Shown piece by piece: positions 1 to 10,472 of a stretch of DNA of 64,000 nucleotides; within the stretch, counting starts at the first letter, position 1; each line of letters begins with the position of its first letter. The translations under genes and the position numbers were made by a program. The notes under the pieces were generated by a model. That model had not been told where the DNA came from, did no database searches, and worked only from the letters and a program-made list of their open reading frames with translations. The stretch is from contig CAZNUA010000005.1 of assembly GCA_964576115.1 (NCBI GenBank), forward strand, positions 1 to 64,000, given 5' to 3'. The DNA is from an uncultured Gemmatimonadota bacterium. GTDB taxonomy: Bacteria; Blakebacterota; Blakebacteria; Blakebacterales; Blakebacteraceae.

Positions 1-171
1 GATACGGCGACGATATCGGCCCCGGGCGGGCAGCGTCAACGCGGCAGGCTTGAAATACCGGTCGGCGGAAGATTAGTGTGACACGAGCCGGTGCCGGGAG
101 TGGTACCGCGACCGGCCGGGCACGGGCATGAGGGCCGCTGGCCCTGCAGTGACATCTGAAGGAGTAGCTCC

Positions 172-1272
172 ATGGAAGAACGAATGAGGATCGCTTTCAT
201 CCTCGCCGGCGGGGCGGGGGAGAGATTCTGGCCTCTCTCGCGGCCCGAGCGACCGAAGCAGCTGCTGCCGCTGGGCGAGGAGGGGCGCACCCTGCTGGCT
301 GACACTCTCGAGCGCATCAGGCCGCTCATCGGGCCCCGGGCGACGTATGTCGTGACCGGCAAGCCGCTGCTCGAAACGATCCGATCGGCCGGTCTCGAGG
401 TGCCGCCGGGCAACATCATCGCCGAACCGTGGAAGCGGAACACGGCCGGAGCGCTGGTTTTCGCCTCGGCCTGGCTGCTCGCCGATCAGGGCGATCCCGC
501 TCTCGACGCCACGATCGCGGTTCTGCCCGCCGATCATCGGATCGGGCCGGTCGAGACCTTCCGGACCGACGTCGAAAAGGCTCTGCGCACGGTCGAGAGT
601 GCCGGCGGACTGGCCGTGATGGGAATTCCCCCCACCCGGCCGGAAACGGGGTACGGATATCTGCAACGGGGCGAGGCGCTCGAAATCGAGGGGCTCGAGG
701 GGGTCGCCCGGGTAGCGGCTTTCCGCGAGAAACCCGACGCCGACACGGCGGTCAGCTACCTCGACGAGGGCGGGTACTACTGGAACTCGGGGATGTTCTT
801 CTGGGTCATGTCGGATTTCCTGACCGCTCTGGAAAAGGCCGCTCCCGACCACTTCCGGACGATCGGCGAGCTGATCGACGCCCTGACCGATCGCGACTGG
901 ACGGCGATCCATCAAATCTTCGAAGAACTCGAGGACATCTCGATCGATTACGCCCTGATGGAGAAAGCCGAAGACGTGGCGATGATCCCGGCCGGCTTCG
1001 GCTGGGATGATCTCGGCGCCTGGGATGCGCTCGAACGGATTCTGGAGTCCGACGCCGATGGGAACGCCTGCCTGGGCGAATCGGTGCGGATCGATACCCG
1101 CGGCACGGTGATCGTCAACGACGCCGGCGAGGGAATGACGGTCGCGGCCGTGGGGGTCGAGGGGCTCATTATCGTCCTGACCCCCGAAGCCCTTCTTGTG
1201 ACCCGGCCCGAACGGGCCCAGGACGTGCGCGAGGTCGTGCGTCAACTGCATGGGGAGGACGACTGGAGGTAA
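172..1272 (+). CDS. manC: Mannose-1-phosphate guanylyltransferase (monofunctional, no PMI domain)
   Basis: ILAGGAGERFWPLSR, EPWKRNTA, LPADH, PETGYGY, FREKP, WNSGMF, ISIDYALME and WDDLGAW motifs; GGAG RBS at 161-164. Confidence 0.92.
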   Translation: MEERMRIAFILAGGAGERFWPLSRPERPKQLLPLGEEGRTLLADTLERIRPLIGPRATYVVTGKPLLETIRSAGLEVPPGNIIAEPWKRNTAGALVFASAWLLADQGDPALDATIAVLPADHRIGPVETFRTDVEKALRTVESAGGLAVMGIPPTRPETGYGYLQRGEALEIEGLEGVARVAAFREKPDADTAVSYLDEGGYYWNSGMFFWVMSDFLTALEKAAPDHFRTIGELIDALTDRDWTAIHQIFEELEDISIDYALMEKAEDVAMIPAGFGWDDLGAWDALERILESDADGNACLGESVRIDTRGTVIVNDAGEGMTVAAVGVEGLIIVLTPEALLVTRPERAQDVREVVRQLHGEDDWR

Positions 1273-1274
1273 CA

Positions 1275-3410
1275 ATGACTGGTTATTCCCGTCCGGGCCG
1301 GAGCAGAGTCCTCACGGTGCTGCTGCCGGCTGCCCTGCTGCTCGCCGGCCCGGTGTTCGCACCCGCCGTCACCGCTCAGTCCTTTGCTCTCGAAGACGTG
1401 ATGGCCTTTCACTTTCCCACCGAACTCGTCGTGGCTCCCGCGGGTGACAGAAGCGCCTGGCTGGCCAATGAAGAAGGCCGCCGCAACGTCTGGGGGGCCG
1501 AAGCGCCCGGGTGGGAGGCCCGGCCTCTGACCTCGTATGAGGCCGACGACGGCCAGGAGCTGTCGGATCTGACCTTCACCCCCGACGGTACCCACCTGGT
1601 CTACCGCCGGGGCAGCGCTCCCAACCGCGACGGCGAGCTCTCCAACCCGACCAGCTCACCAGCCGGGGTCTCGCGCGATCTCTGGCTCGTTCCCTGGGAG
1701 GGGGGCGAGCCGCTGCGGCTGGCCGGGGGGGTGTCGCCCCTGATGTCGCCGGTCGCACCGATGCTGATCTGGACAGAGGGCGGGCGCTGCCTGCGTCTTG
1801 ACCTGCAGCCGGTCATCGAAGAGGGAACGCCCCCGCAGCCCGACCTGCTTTTTGCCGTGCGCAGCGGTCTGAGCGATCTGGCCTGGTGCCCCGACGGAAC
1901 CAGGATCGCCTTTGCAAGCGCCCGTGACGGACGTTCGATTATCGGCCTCTACGATCTCACCACTGATGAGTTGCGCTGGTTGACCAACGGGGTGGATGCC
2001 GACTCCCGGCCGCGCTTCTCGCGTGACGGGAGCCGGATCGCTTTCATGCGCCGCCCGGTCGATGCCCCCGGTTTCGCGCTCTGCATCGTCGAGACGGGCA
2101 CGGGCGACGGGCTGGAACTGTGGCGCTCGCCCGGCGACGGGACCGGGTACTATCCCGGGGCGATCGCCGGCTCCTACGAACTGATGTACGGTGACTCATG
2201 GCTCGTTTTTGCCGGGGAGTGGTCGGGTTTCAATCATCTCTACACCCTGCCCGATACGGGGGGAGAGGTGCGCGAACTTACCCCCGGTGAGGGGATCGTC
2301 GAGAACGCGGTGCTGACCCCCGACGGGAATGCGGTCATCGTCAGCTGCAATCTCCGTTCGATCGATCACCGCCAGCTGGCCCGGATTCAGCTCTCCGACG
2401 GTCGGATCAACTGGCTCGTGGAGGGCGAAGCGATCGCCTGGAATCCGGTGCCGTTCGTCAGCGGGAGCGGCGGACACTCGCTGGCGTACATTCGCAGTGA
2501 TGCCCGCTCTCCGGCCCGGGTCTGGCTGCGGGAGGGAGGGCGGCCGGCCCGGGTGATCTCGCCGCTGGCCGATGGTTTCCCCACCGGGGAACTGGTCGTC
2601 CCTGAACAGGTCGTCTTTCCCGCCGCCGACGGCTGGACGATTCACGGTCAACTCTTCCTCCCGGCCGATCTGCGGCGTCGCGAACAGGCCCCGGCGGTCA
2701 TCTTCATGCACGGCGGCTCGCGCCGCCAGATGCTGCTGGGGTGGCACAACCGGGGCTACTACCACAACGCCTACGGTTTCAACCAGTATCTGGCAGCCAG
2801 GGGCTACGTGGTGCTTTCGGTCAACTACCGCAGTGGGATCGGTTACGGGGTCGAGTTCCGCGAGCCCGATGACTACGGCTGGCGGGGCGCCTCGGAGTAT
2901 CAGGATATCGTGGCTGCGGCTCACTATCTGCAGGGACTGCGTCAGGTCGATCCCGACCGGATCGGTCTGTGGGGCGGTTCCTACGGCGGTTACCTGACCG
3001 CTCTGGGCCTGGCCCGCGACTCCGATCTCTTCCGGGCCGGAGTGGACCTGCACGGGGTTCACAACTGGGTCGATCAGCTCACCTGGTGGGGCCGGGGCGA
3101 GATCGCCGCCCCCTCGACCGCGATGCGCGATTCGATCGTGGCTGTAGCCTACCGCTCGAGTCCGGTAGCCGATATCGCTTCGTGGCGTTCGCCGGTTCTG
3201 ATCGTACACGGCGATGACGATCGGAACGTTCCTTTCGAAGCCAGTATCGATCTGGTGCGGCGGCTGCGTCGCAAGGGCGATGTGATTTTTTCCGAACTCT
3301 ACTTCCCCGATGAAGCCCACGGTTTCCTGCGGCATGCCAACTGGCTCACCGTCTACCGCCGGGCGGTCGATTTCTTCGACACCTGGCTCAAGGAAGGCGG
3401 CGACGGCTGA
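1275..3410 (+). CDS. Secreted S9 family peptidase (prolyl oligopeptidase / dipeptidyl aminopeptidase) with N-terminal beta-propeller
   Basis: Signal peptide; PD40-like repeats (FTPDG, WCPDG, FSRDG); GGSYGG nucleophile, HGDDDRNV Asp, EAHGF His. Confidence 0.9.
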   Translation: MTGYSRPGRSRVLTVLLPAALLLAGPVFAPAVTAQSFALEDVMAFHFPTELVVAPAGDRSAWLANEEGRRNVWGAEAPGWEARPLTSYEADDGQELSDLTFTPDGTHLVYRRGSAPNRDGELSNPTSSPAGVSRDLWLVPWEGGEPLRLAGGVSPLMSPVAPMLIWTEGGRCLRLDLQPVIEEGTPPQPDLLFAVRSGLSDLAWCPDGTRIAFASARDGRSIIGLYDLTTDELRWLTNGVDADSRPRFSRDGSRIAFMRRPVDAPGFALCIVETGTGDGLELWRSPGDGTGYYPGAIAGSYELMYGDSWLVFAGEWSGFNHLYTLPDTGGEVRELTPGEGIVENAVLTPDGNAVIVSCNLRSIDHRQLARIQLSDGRINWLVEGEAIAWNPVPFVSGSGGHSLAYIRSDARSPARVWLREGGRPARVISPLADGFPTGELVVPEQVVFPAADGWTIHGQLFLPADLRRREQAPAVIFMHGGSRRQMLLGWHNRGYYHNAYGFNQYLAARGYVVLSVNYRSGIGYGVEFREPDDYGWRGASEYQDIVAAAHYLQGLRQVDPDRIGLWGGSYGGYLTALGLARDSDLFRAGVDLHGVHNWVDQLTWWGRGEIAAPSTAMRDSIVAVAYRSSPVADIASWRSPVLIVHGDDDRNVPFEASIDLVRRLRRKGDVIFSELYFPDEAHGFLRHANWLTVYRRAVDFFDTWLKEGGDG

Positions 3411-3426
3411 GAGCCGTCCCGGTTTC

Positions 3427-5100
3427 TCACCGCTCCGTCGGTCGGATGATCCGGGTCGGCAGGGGGGTGGGCTGCAGCAGCCGGAGCACCGGATAGGGCA
3501 TCGATCCGCCCCCCCACTGGCGGGCCAGATAGCGGTCGAAGGCATTCCAGTATGCCAGGCCGTCGTCGCTTTCGGCCTCGAGCAGTGTCGCGGCCAGAGA
3601 GCCCAGCGGCTGAGCGGCGGGTACGACCAGGGTTCCCGCCGGCAGTTCCCGTTCCTCGATCGCATACTCCCCCTCGATCGCGTTCGGGTAGTGCCCCTGG
3701 TTCAAACGGGTGGCCGGCGCGATCTGCGTGACGGTGAAACTCTCCACTTCGAGGGTCATCTTCCGGAGCAGGCGTTCGACCGTGATCCCGTGGGTCAGGA
3801 GGATGTCGAGGATCTCGTCGTCGCTGACCGGAATCAGCCAGGCCGCCGGAAAGGGGATGGTGTGCTGTGGGGCGTACCGGGCGAAGTAGGGAATGTTGTC
3901 GACGACCCGAACCCGGTCGGTGGGACGCAGGCGCCGGCGCCCCCCCGCCTCGACTTCTTCCATTTCGTAGGTGGCGATCGTGATCCGCTCGGTTACCGGC
4001 TCGGCTTCGGTCGTGAGTACGAAGGCAGGCCCGGAACCGGGTTCGAGTCCCCGGGCCGAACTCCGGGCGTCGGCTCCGGCAACCAGGGCCGCGATCTCGT
4101 CCCGGTTCTCATGCAGGTAATCGAGAAAGCAGCGGAAGAGGTTTTCACAGCCCCGCACCCGGGTTTCGAAATCGGCATAGGGGTAGTTCTCGTTCAGGAC
4201 CGCCAGCCTGTTGCGCAGACCGACGTAATTGGACAGGTAGCGCGGCTGCGGTCCCAGCGGTATCCAGCCCCGGGCGGGCTCGCGGGCGTCGGCGAAATCG
4301 CCGTGCGGAATGCAGGGCGTGCCGTACTCGTCCGACATGCGCCGGTTCACCTCGGGCATGACCCGGTCGGCCAGGTAGGTGAAGACGGCCTCATCGCCGT
4401 TGGGGTTCAGGCCCCAGGTCCAGGTCACCGGCTCGGCGTGGTAGGATCCGTTGTGGGTGTGGGAATCGAGGAAGAAGGCGGGATCCCAGCGGTTGAGGAC
4501 TTCCGTGACCAGACCCCGCACCTCGGGGCTCTCCAGTTTGATGCCGTCGCGGTTCAGATCGAGGTTCAGTCCGTTGTAGCGGATGCCGACCCCCTCGACG
4601 GGCCCGTTCTGGTTGGTGCGGTTGGCGGTCGAGATACGGTCGTTGCCGTCGGGATTGAAGTCGGGCGTGATCAGGATCACGAGGCGGTCCAGGTAATCGG
4701 GGGTTCGCCCGGCCAGGATTTCGCGGGCCAGCATCAGCGCCGCCGCCTTGCCCTCCACTTCGCCGGCGTGGATGTTGGCCTGCAGGTACACCACCAGGCG
4801 GTCGTCGCGCTGCAGGGCGAGCGGCGAGGCGGGTACGGGATCGCCGATGATCATCATCGGCACCGGCCGGCCTTCGGCCGTGGTGGCGATCCGCTCGACG
4901 CGCAGCCCGGTATACAGTTCCTGAAGCCGGTCGATGAAGGCACAGACCTCGGCGTGGGTCGAGGTGGCCCGGAATCCGCTCCGTTCGGCGGTGGTGAGCG
5001 GATCGGGCTGGGCGGCGGCCGGCGGAGCGGCGGACAGCAGAAGGCAGGCTGTCAGAATAGGCTGGACAGGGCGCGTGAAACCGGGTCGGGGGAAAGGCAT
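3427..5100 (-). CDS. Secreted M14 family zinc carboxypeptidase
   Basis: Signal peptide; NIHAGEVEGK (HxxE), NPDG, NLDLNRD and DSHT zinc motifs. Confidence 0.88.
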   Translation of the reverse strand: MPFPRPGFTRPVQPILTACLLLSAAPPAAAQPDPLTTAERSGFRATSTHAEVCAFIDRLQELYTGLRVERIATTAEGRPVPMMIIGDPVPASPLALQRDDRLVVYLQANIHAGEVEGKAAALMLAREILAGRTPDYLDRLVILITPDFNPDGNDRISTANRTNQNGPVEGVGIRYNGLNLDLNRDGIKLESPEVRGLVTEVLNRWDPAFFLDSHTHNGSYHAEPVTWTWGLNPNGDEAVFTYLADRVMPEVNRRMSDEYGTPCIPHGDFADAREPARGWIPLGPQPRYLSNYVGLRNRLAVLNENYPYADFETRVRGCENLFRCFLDYLHENRDEIAALVAGADARSSARGLEPGSGPAFVLTTEAEPVTERITIATYEMEEVEAGGRRRLRPTDRVRVVDNIPYFARYAPQHTIPFPAAWLIPVSDDEILDILLTHGITVERLLRKMTLEVESFTVTQIAPATRLNQGHYPNAIEGEYAIEERELPAGTLVVPAAQPLGSLAATLLEAESDDGLAYWNAFDRYLARQWGGGSMPYPVLRLLQPTPLPTRIIRPTER

Positions 5101-5174
5101 GGCACGGTTCCTCCAGAAAGGCCCGGCGCCGGGCGGCGCCGGGCGGGAAAAAAGCTGGCGGGCAACCGGCCGGT

Positions 5175-7910
5175 TCAGAGGGGCGGAATCTCTCCCAGGC
5201 TCCGGCCGAGTTCCGTCAGCACGGTCTCGAGTTCATCCATCGCGGTACCATACTCGGCCCAGCGTCCGGCCCGCAGGTGCTCCTGGGCCTGCTCGTACAG
5301 GGCCAGCGCCCGATCGGCCAGGGCGGCCGCGGTGGCCGTCAGGGCCGTCATCGGGGCCGCGGCCTCGGTCTCGGGCCCGGCTGTTGCAACCGCGCTCGGA
5401 AGCGCGGCGCCCAGCAGCTGGTTGAGCCCCGCGTTCAGGTTCTCGGCCATGATGACATGGGGACCGTAGGAGAGGATCACCCGCTTCAATTCGGGCAGAT
5501 CGCTGCGCTCGGCCCGCAGGTAGAGCGGCTCGGCGTAGATGATGCTCTCGCCGACCGGAATCACGAGCAGATTGCCGCGGATCACCTGGCTCCCCTGCTG
5601 GCTCCACAGGGTCAGCTGTTCGCTGATGTCGGGGTCCTGGTCGACCCGGGCCTCGATCTGCATCGGGCCGTAGACGATCTCCTGTTTGGAGAACTTGAAG
5701 AGGACCAGCTCGCCGTAGTGGGCGGGATCGCAGCGGGCAGCCAGCCAGGCCACCATGTTGTTCTTCCCCGAGGGGGTGAAGGGGAGCATGAGCACGAATT
5801 CAGGCTCATCCGATTCGCCCAGGCTCAGGACCACATAGTAGGCTTCCATGATCACTTCCGAGCCGGCGTAGATCTCGGTCGCCCGTACCCAGAGGTCCTC
5901 CTGGTTGTAGAAGACCTCGGGATCCTCCATATGAAATGACATCCACTTATCGGCCTGCAGCTCGAACATGCCGAGGGGGTAACGCAGGTGCCCCCGCAGA
6001 CTCTCGTGCATCTCCGAGAGCGGGCGGAAGAGATCGGGGAAGATGGCCCCGAGGGTGCCCGTGATCGGATCGGGAGCGGCCAGGTAGTAGGTCACGCTCC
6101 CGTCGTAGGCGTCGACCACGACCTTGACGGAGTTGCGGATGTAGTTCAATCCACCGGGGGCCGGATCGGAGTAGGGGAGCCGGTTCGACACGGTGTAGGC
6201 GTCGATGATCCAGTAGAGGCGTCCGTCGGCCACGACGATGTAGGGATCGTCGTCGTAGCGCAGGAAGGGAGCGATCTTGGCGATGCGTTCCTCGACCCGG
6301 CGGTTCTCCATCAATCGGGTCTCGGGCGTCGGGTAAGTCGAGATCAGCAGCTTGAGCTGGCCGTATTTCAGGGCGTAGACCAGCCGGCGGAATAACCCTC
6401 CGATCGGTACTCCCCCCCGGCCCTCATACGTCGAGTAGGCGTTGGTCTCCCCGAGCGGGTAATCGAACTCCTCTTCGGTGGTGCGCACCAGGACGTAGTC
6501 GGAGGTCAGTTCGCCGTAGTAGATCTCGGGCCGGTCGACTTCGAGGCCGACCTCGCTGCGCGGCGGGATGTCCTTGAGGAAGAAGACCGGCATCCCCTCG
6601 GGGGTAACCTCGTTCACCGGGCTCATCGCCACCCCGTAGCCGTGGGTGAACTTCAGGTGCCGGTTAACCCAGGTCTGGGCCTGGGCGGTGAGCTGGCCGG
6701 GATCGAGCTCGCGCGGTGCCAGCAGGACCTGGCGGTAGCGATCCTGGATGGTGTAGCGATCCACGTCGGGATTCTGGAAGCGGTAGTAGAGACGGATCTC
6801 CTGCAGCTGGCTCAGGGTCTGCCTCAGCGGTCGCCAGTCCCAGAGGCGGATGTTCTCGAAGGTGCCGGGGTAGCGCTCGACATCCTCCGCCCCGAGGGTG
6901 AGGATAGCGGGAAAGTCCTGCTCGGTCACCAGGTCGAGCCCGTAGCCGTAGCGGGTGTAGGTGATGGCGTGCTCGATGTAGGGGCGCTCCTTGGTGACCT
7001 CGTTGGGTTCGACCACCAGCTGCTGCACCGCGGCCGGGAAGAGGCCGGTGATCACCACCAGGGCGACCAGGTAGGCCCCAACGGCGTACAGGGGGATACG
7101 GGCGTCCTTGCGCCACAGACCGTAGACCATGGCGCCGAACAGGAACACCGAGAGCCCGATCATAACGCGGTAGGCGAGCAGATCGGCGTGGATGTCGGTG
7201 TATGAGGCGCCGAAGACCACTCCCTGCTCGGAATACAGCAGTTTGTAGATCTCGAGCTGGAAGTGCAGCCCCAGCAGCAGGAAGAGCAGCGAGGCGAGGA
7301 AGATGAGGTGCAGCCGCACCCGGGGGCTGATATAGAGCTTCTCGTAAGCCCAGCCCAGGGCCTTGCTCTCCCAGTAGACGACCAGAACGGCCGCGGCGGT
7401 GACGCCGAGCACGAAGATGAACCACTGTTTCAGGAAGGTCAGCAGCGGCAGGGTGAAGACATAAAAAGCCAGGTCCTTGCCGTATATCGGGTCGGTGACG
7501 CCGAAGGATTCGGCGTTCAGAGCCTGCAGGACGACCAGCCAGTGATCGGAGGCCCAGGCCCCCAGGCCGACCGCAATCACCACTCCCAGGCCGATGAGGA
7601 CCAGCCGGCGAACCCGGACCAGGATCTCTCCCGGAACCTTGAGGTCGGAATAGAACTCGCGCCACCGGCCGCCGCCGCGCCTCTGCACCGCCCACAGGTT
7701 GACGTAAAAGAAGATCAGGAATACGGCCGCGAAGAGAACGAAGAGGACCACCCGGCTGCCGAGCGTCTTCCAGAACACGCTGGCGAAACCGATCGCACTG
7801 AACCACCACGCGTCGGTCAGGAAGGTCACCGTCACTTCGCGCAGCAACAGCAGAATGAATATGGCAACGATGAGAATTGTGACGGCTCTGCGCCTGGTCA
7901 TGAGCACCAT
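5175..7910 (-). CDS. UPF0182 family membrane protein
   Basis: Multiple N-terminal TM helices; NIRLWD, DVDRY, WVNRHLKFTHGYG, NYIRNSVKVVVDAYDG, IRGNLLVIP and EPLYL...LPELKRV motifs. Confidence 0.92.
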   Translation of the reverse strand: MVLMTRRRAVTILIVAIFILLLLREVTVTFLTDAWWFSAIGFASVFWKTLGSRVVLFVLFAAVFLIFFYVNLWAVQRRGGGRWREFYSDLKVPGEILVRVRRLVLIGLGVVIAVGLGAWASDHWLVVLQALNAESFGVTDPIYGKDLAFYVFTLPLLTFLKQWFIFVLGVTAAAVLVVYWESKALGWAYEKLYISPRVRLHLIFLASLLFLLLGLHFQLEIYKLLYSEQGVVFGASYTDIHADLLAYRVMIGLSVFLFGAMVYGLWRKDARIPLYAVGAYLVALVVITGLFPAAVQQLVVEPNEVTKERPYIEHAITYTRYGYGLDLVTEQDFPAILTLGAEDVERYPGTFENIRLWDWRPLRQTLSQLQEIRLYYRFQNPDVDRYTIQDRYRQVLLAPRELDPGQLTAQAQTWVNRHLKFTHGYGVAMSPVNEVTPEGMPVFFLKDIPPRSEVGLEVDRPEIYYGELTSDYVLVRTTEEEFDYPLGETNAYSTYEGRGGVPIGGLFRRLVYALKYGQLKLLISTYPTPETRLMENRRVEERIAKIAPFLRYDDDPYIVVADGRLYWIIDAYTVSNRLPYSDPAPGGLNYIRNSVKVVVDAYDGSVTYYLAAPDPITGTLGAIFPDLFRPLSEMHESLRGHLRYPLGMFELQADKWMSFHMEDPEVFYNQEDLWVRATEIYAGSEVIMEAYYVVLSLGESDEPEFVLMLPFTPSGKNNMVAWLAARCDPAHYGELVLFKFSKQEIVYGPMQIEARVDQDPDISEQLTLWSQQGSQVIRGNLLVIPVGESIIYAEPLYLRAERSDLPELKRVILSYGPHVIMAENLNAGLNQLLGAALPSAVATAGPETEAAAPMTALTATAAALADRALALYEQAQEHLRAGRWAEYGTAMDELETVLTELGRSLGEIPPL

Positions 7911-8148
7911 CCATAAGCTGATCCCGGCGGATTCCGGGACGGGGGAGTGGATTGTCCGGGTCCGCGCCCGCGCGGCTGGACCCCTGTGCGGAAACTAGCT
8001 CCCCCGGGGGGTGAGGGTCAACGTCAACTCCGTTCAGGTCGCCGGATTCGATCTCCTCATGCTCTCCTTCTACGACACGGGGCGCCCGGCTTTTCAGGCC
8101 GGACGCCCTGTGCGGCGCTGCGATGCAGGTGGTGTCGACGGGTCGGGC

Positions 8149-9066
8149 TCAGCCGCCGTCAGCCGCCGCCACCCGGTACACCAGGCTCCAGGCAACCGAA
8201 TCGTAGGGAGCGACGTCGTCGAAGATGGTGGTGCGGCTCAGCACCTCGATCGTGACGTGGCGGGCCGGATTGCGAAGCTGTCCGTTGCGCCAGACCAGAC
8301 CGCGGGTCACCCAGCCGGTGGAGTACGTGCCGTCGCCGTTGTTGCTCATCCGGCGGCGGACGTGGTGACGGTTGTTGTGCCCCGAGGCCCAGGCGGGGTA
8401 GTGGATCAGGACGATGTCGTCCTCATTACCGGTCGTGACGGTGACCTCGATCGTATCCTGGGCGGTGAAAACAGGGACATCTTCCCTGTCGACGAGCGTG
8501 CTGACGTCGGTGAAGGTGGTGTCGAGACCGCCCGAGGAAGTCAGATGCGCTTCGGTGATCGAAACGGTGTTGGGATTGCTCAGGACGGTCGTTCCGCTGA
8601 TCGAAGCCATTCGCCAGCCGCGCCGGGGACCGCTGGTGTCGCCCGAACGCACGAAGGTGGCGTAGCGGACGGCGTTGTCCTCCAGGTCTTTGGAGTAGGC
8701 CGTACCGGTCGTATCGATGATGTGGAACAGGCCGGTCAGGGTGGCGTTCCAGGTCACCGTGGCTACGGCCGGATCGGCTGAGTCGTCGATCGAGATGTCG
8801 ATGTCGCGCTCGACATCCATGATCTGCCGGCCCCACCGCCAGGGTACGATGTCGGCCAGCAGGCGGCCGGGCAGGGGGGTGTCGGGATCCTCGGCACCCT
8901 CGGCGGCGAAGAGATCGGCGGTGAAGAAGTCGGCTTCTTCGAGGATCAGTTCCTGGATGGCGGAGAGATCCTCGTCCAGAGCGGTGGGATTCTCGTCGCA
9001 GCCGGCGGCCAGCAGGGCTATCACAGCCGCCAGCGGGACCAGTCGGTGCAGGGGTCGGGTCTTCAT
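8149..9066 (-). CDS. Hypothetical lipoprotein
   Basis: MKTRPLHRLVPLAAVIALLAAGC lipobox; the ORF track extends to 9117, so the start is chosen at the signal peptide. Confidence 0.7.
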   Translation of the reverse strand: MKTRPLHRLVPLAAVIALLAAGCDENPTALDEDLSAIQELILEEADFFTADLFAAEGAEDPDTPLPGRLLADIVPWRWGRQIMDVERDIDISIDDSADPAVATVTWNATLTGLFHIIDTTGTAYSKDLEDNAVRYATFVRSGDTSGPRRGWRMASISGTTVLSNPNTVSITEAHLTSSGGLDTTFTDVSTLVDREDVPVFTAQDTIEVTVTTGNEDDIVLIHYPAWASGHNNRHHVRRRMSNNGDGTYSTGWVTRGLVWRNGQLRNPARHVTIEVLSRTTIFDDVAPYDSVAWSLVYRVAAADGG

Positions 9067-9113
9067 TGTCGGCATCCTCTCTTCATGCTCCCAACGGTCG
9101 GGCCCGCCGCCGG

Positions 9114-10472
9114 TCAATGAAAGCGGTAGAGCAGATCGACCGAGAGATAGTTTGTCACACTGTTGTCTTCCGGTTCCCGATGACTCTCCGGAGTCAGGTT
9201 CGCGAGTACCTGGAGGGCCAGCTTCGAACCGAGCGGGATCTCGGCCAGAGCACTGAGGTCCAGGTAGAGGAAATCACTATCCCAATCGGTGGCGGCGGTA
9301 TAGTCGCGCCAGCCTGCTTCGCAGGTCAGAAAAGCCCACAACCCGTTGAGCGTCAGCAGGTTCAGTTCGCTGTAAAGAAAAGGTTGTACCCAGGAATCGG
9401 CGATGCGGGTGGTACCGAAGATGTCCTGCCAGGTGGTGTCGGTGAAGGTGGTAGCCCGATGGCCGGCCAGTCCGGCCCCGAAGCGAATCTCCCACGCCTC
9501 GGCGGGACGCCAGGTCGGACCTGCGGCCAGGCGCAGATCGGTGGCGTCATTGTAGACGATGGTCTGTCGGGCGTAGTCATAGCGATCGATCCGGGCTTCG
9601 AGCCATCCTCCCCAGGACGAGAAGGGCCGCAGACGGCCGCGTCCTTCGAGGCCGACGTGCCCGTAATCGGGGCGGGGTCCGGCTGACGGATAGTCACGCC
9701 GTCCAAGAGTGAGGCCGAGTTCGAGTTCGTCGCCGCTGTCGAAGAACCAGCCGCCGGTAGCCCGCAATCCGGCCTCGGTCCGGTCGAGCAGGGTGGAATC
9801 GGGCACGCTTTGACGCCGGCCGGAAAGTTCGAGTTCGGCCCACGGACCGGTCCATCCCCCGATCCGGGCGGCTGCAACACCCTGTAAGGAACGGGTATCG
9901 TACAACCAGCTCGTGTGGCGTTCGTAATCCCAGGCTTCGGCGTTCACCCGGGCCCGTACTGCCCGCTGCCCCGACCAGCGCCAGCTCCCGCGCAGGGTGC
10001 CGAAAAAAGCGTCATGATCGTTGGCGTAGGCGATATCACCGTCGGTGAACCGTTTGGTCTCCCAGCGCACGTCGGCGCTTCCCCCCGGTCCCTGCCAGCC
10101 GTCGTGCCGCCAGCCCGCCCCCAGGCTGTTCCAGAGGTAGGCGCGTCCGCCGAAAAAGCGGTTGCTGAGTTCGAGCCCCCCCTCATCGGTGCGTAGCGGC
10201 GACCAGAAAAGGTTGGCCTGGATGTTCCCCTCGCTGGTGGTGGTTGCGGTGTCGGCGCTCAGAACCCGGTAGTGGTGGGTGAACAGATCGTACCCCGTGC
10301 CCAACTCGAGTCGCAGACGGGGCGGTACTGCATCCACCGCCGTTGCGAGCGACGTCTGGTCGGATATCTGGGCCGACACAGCAGAGGGCATGAGCATCAC
10401 TCCCAGGACACAGAACAGACGTATGTGTGAGCTCAGATCCCCCATGATCTGTTCGCTCCGGTTACGATTCAT
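9114..10472 (-). CDS. Hypothetical outer-membrane beta-barrel protein
   Basis: Signal peptide; Trp/Tyr/Gly-rich alternating strands; C-terminal LSVDLLYRFH resembles a beta-signal. Confidence 0.65.
   Translation of the reverse strand: MNRNRSEQIMGDLSSHIRLFCVLGVMLMPSAVSAQISDQTSLATAVDAVPPRLRLELGTGYDLFTHHYRVLSADTATTTSEGNIQANLFWSPLRTDEGGLELSNRFFGGRAYLWNSLGAGWRHDGWQGPGGSADVRWETKRFTDGDIAYANDHDAFFGTLRGSWRWSGQRAVRARVNAEAWDYERHTSWLYDTRSLQGVAAARIGGWTGPWAELELSGRRQSVPDSTLLDRTEAGLRATGGWFFDSGDELELGLTLGRRDYPSAGPRPDYGHVGLEGRGRLRPFSSWGGWLEARIDRYDYARQTIVYNDATDLRLAAGPTWRPAEAWEIRFGAGLAGHRATTFTDTTWQDIFGTTRIADSWVQPFLYSELNLLTLNGLWAFLTCEAGWRDYTAATDWDSDFLYLDLSALAEIPLGSKLALQVLANLTPESHREPEDNSVTNYLSVDLLYRFH

Noticed and set aside
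172-1272. Link between manC and the GT81/HAD pair (mannosylglycerate synthesis)
   Set aside because: The genes are about 14 kb apart in separate units, and the synthase motifs fit the GpgS type better.
3310-5469. 719-aa plus-strand ORF
   Set aside because: Antisense shadow of the M14 peptidase; no motifs; long shadow ORFs are expected at high GC.
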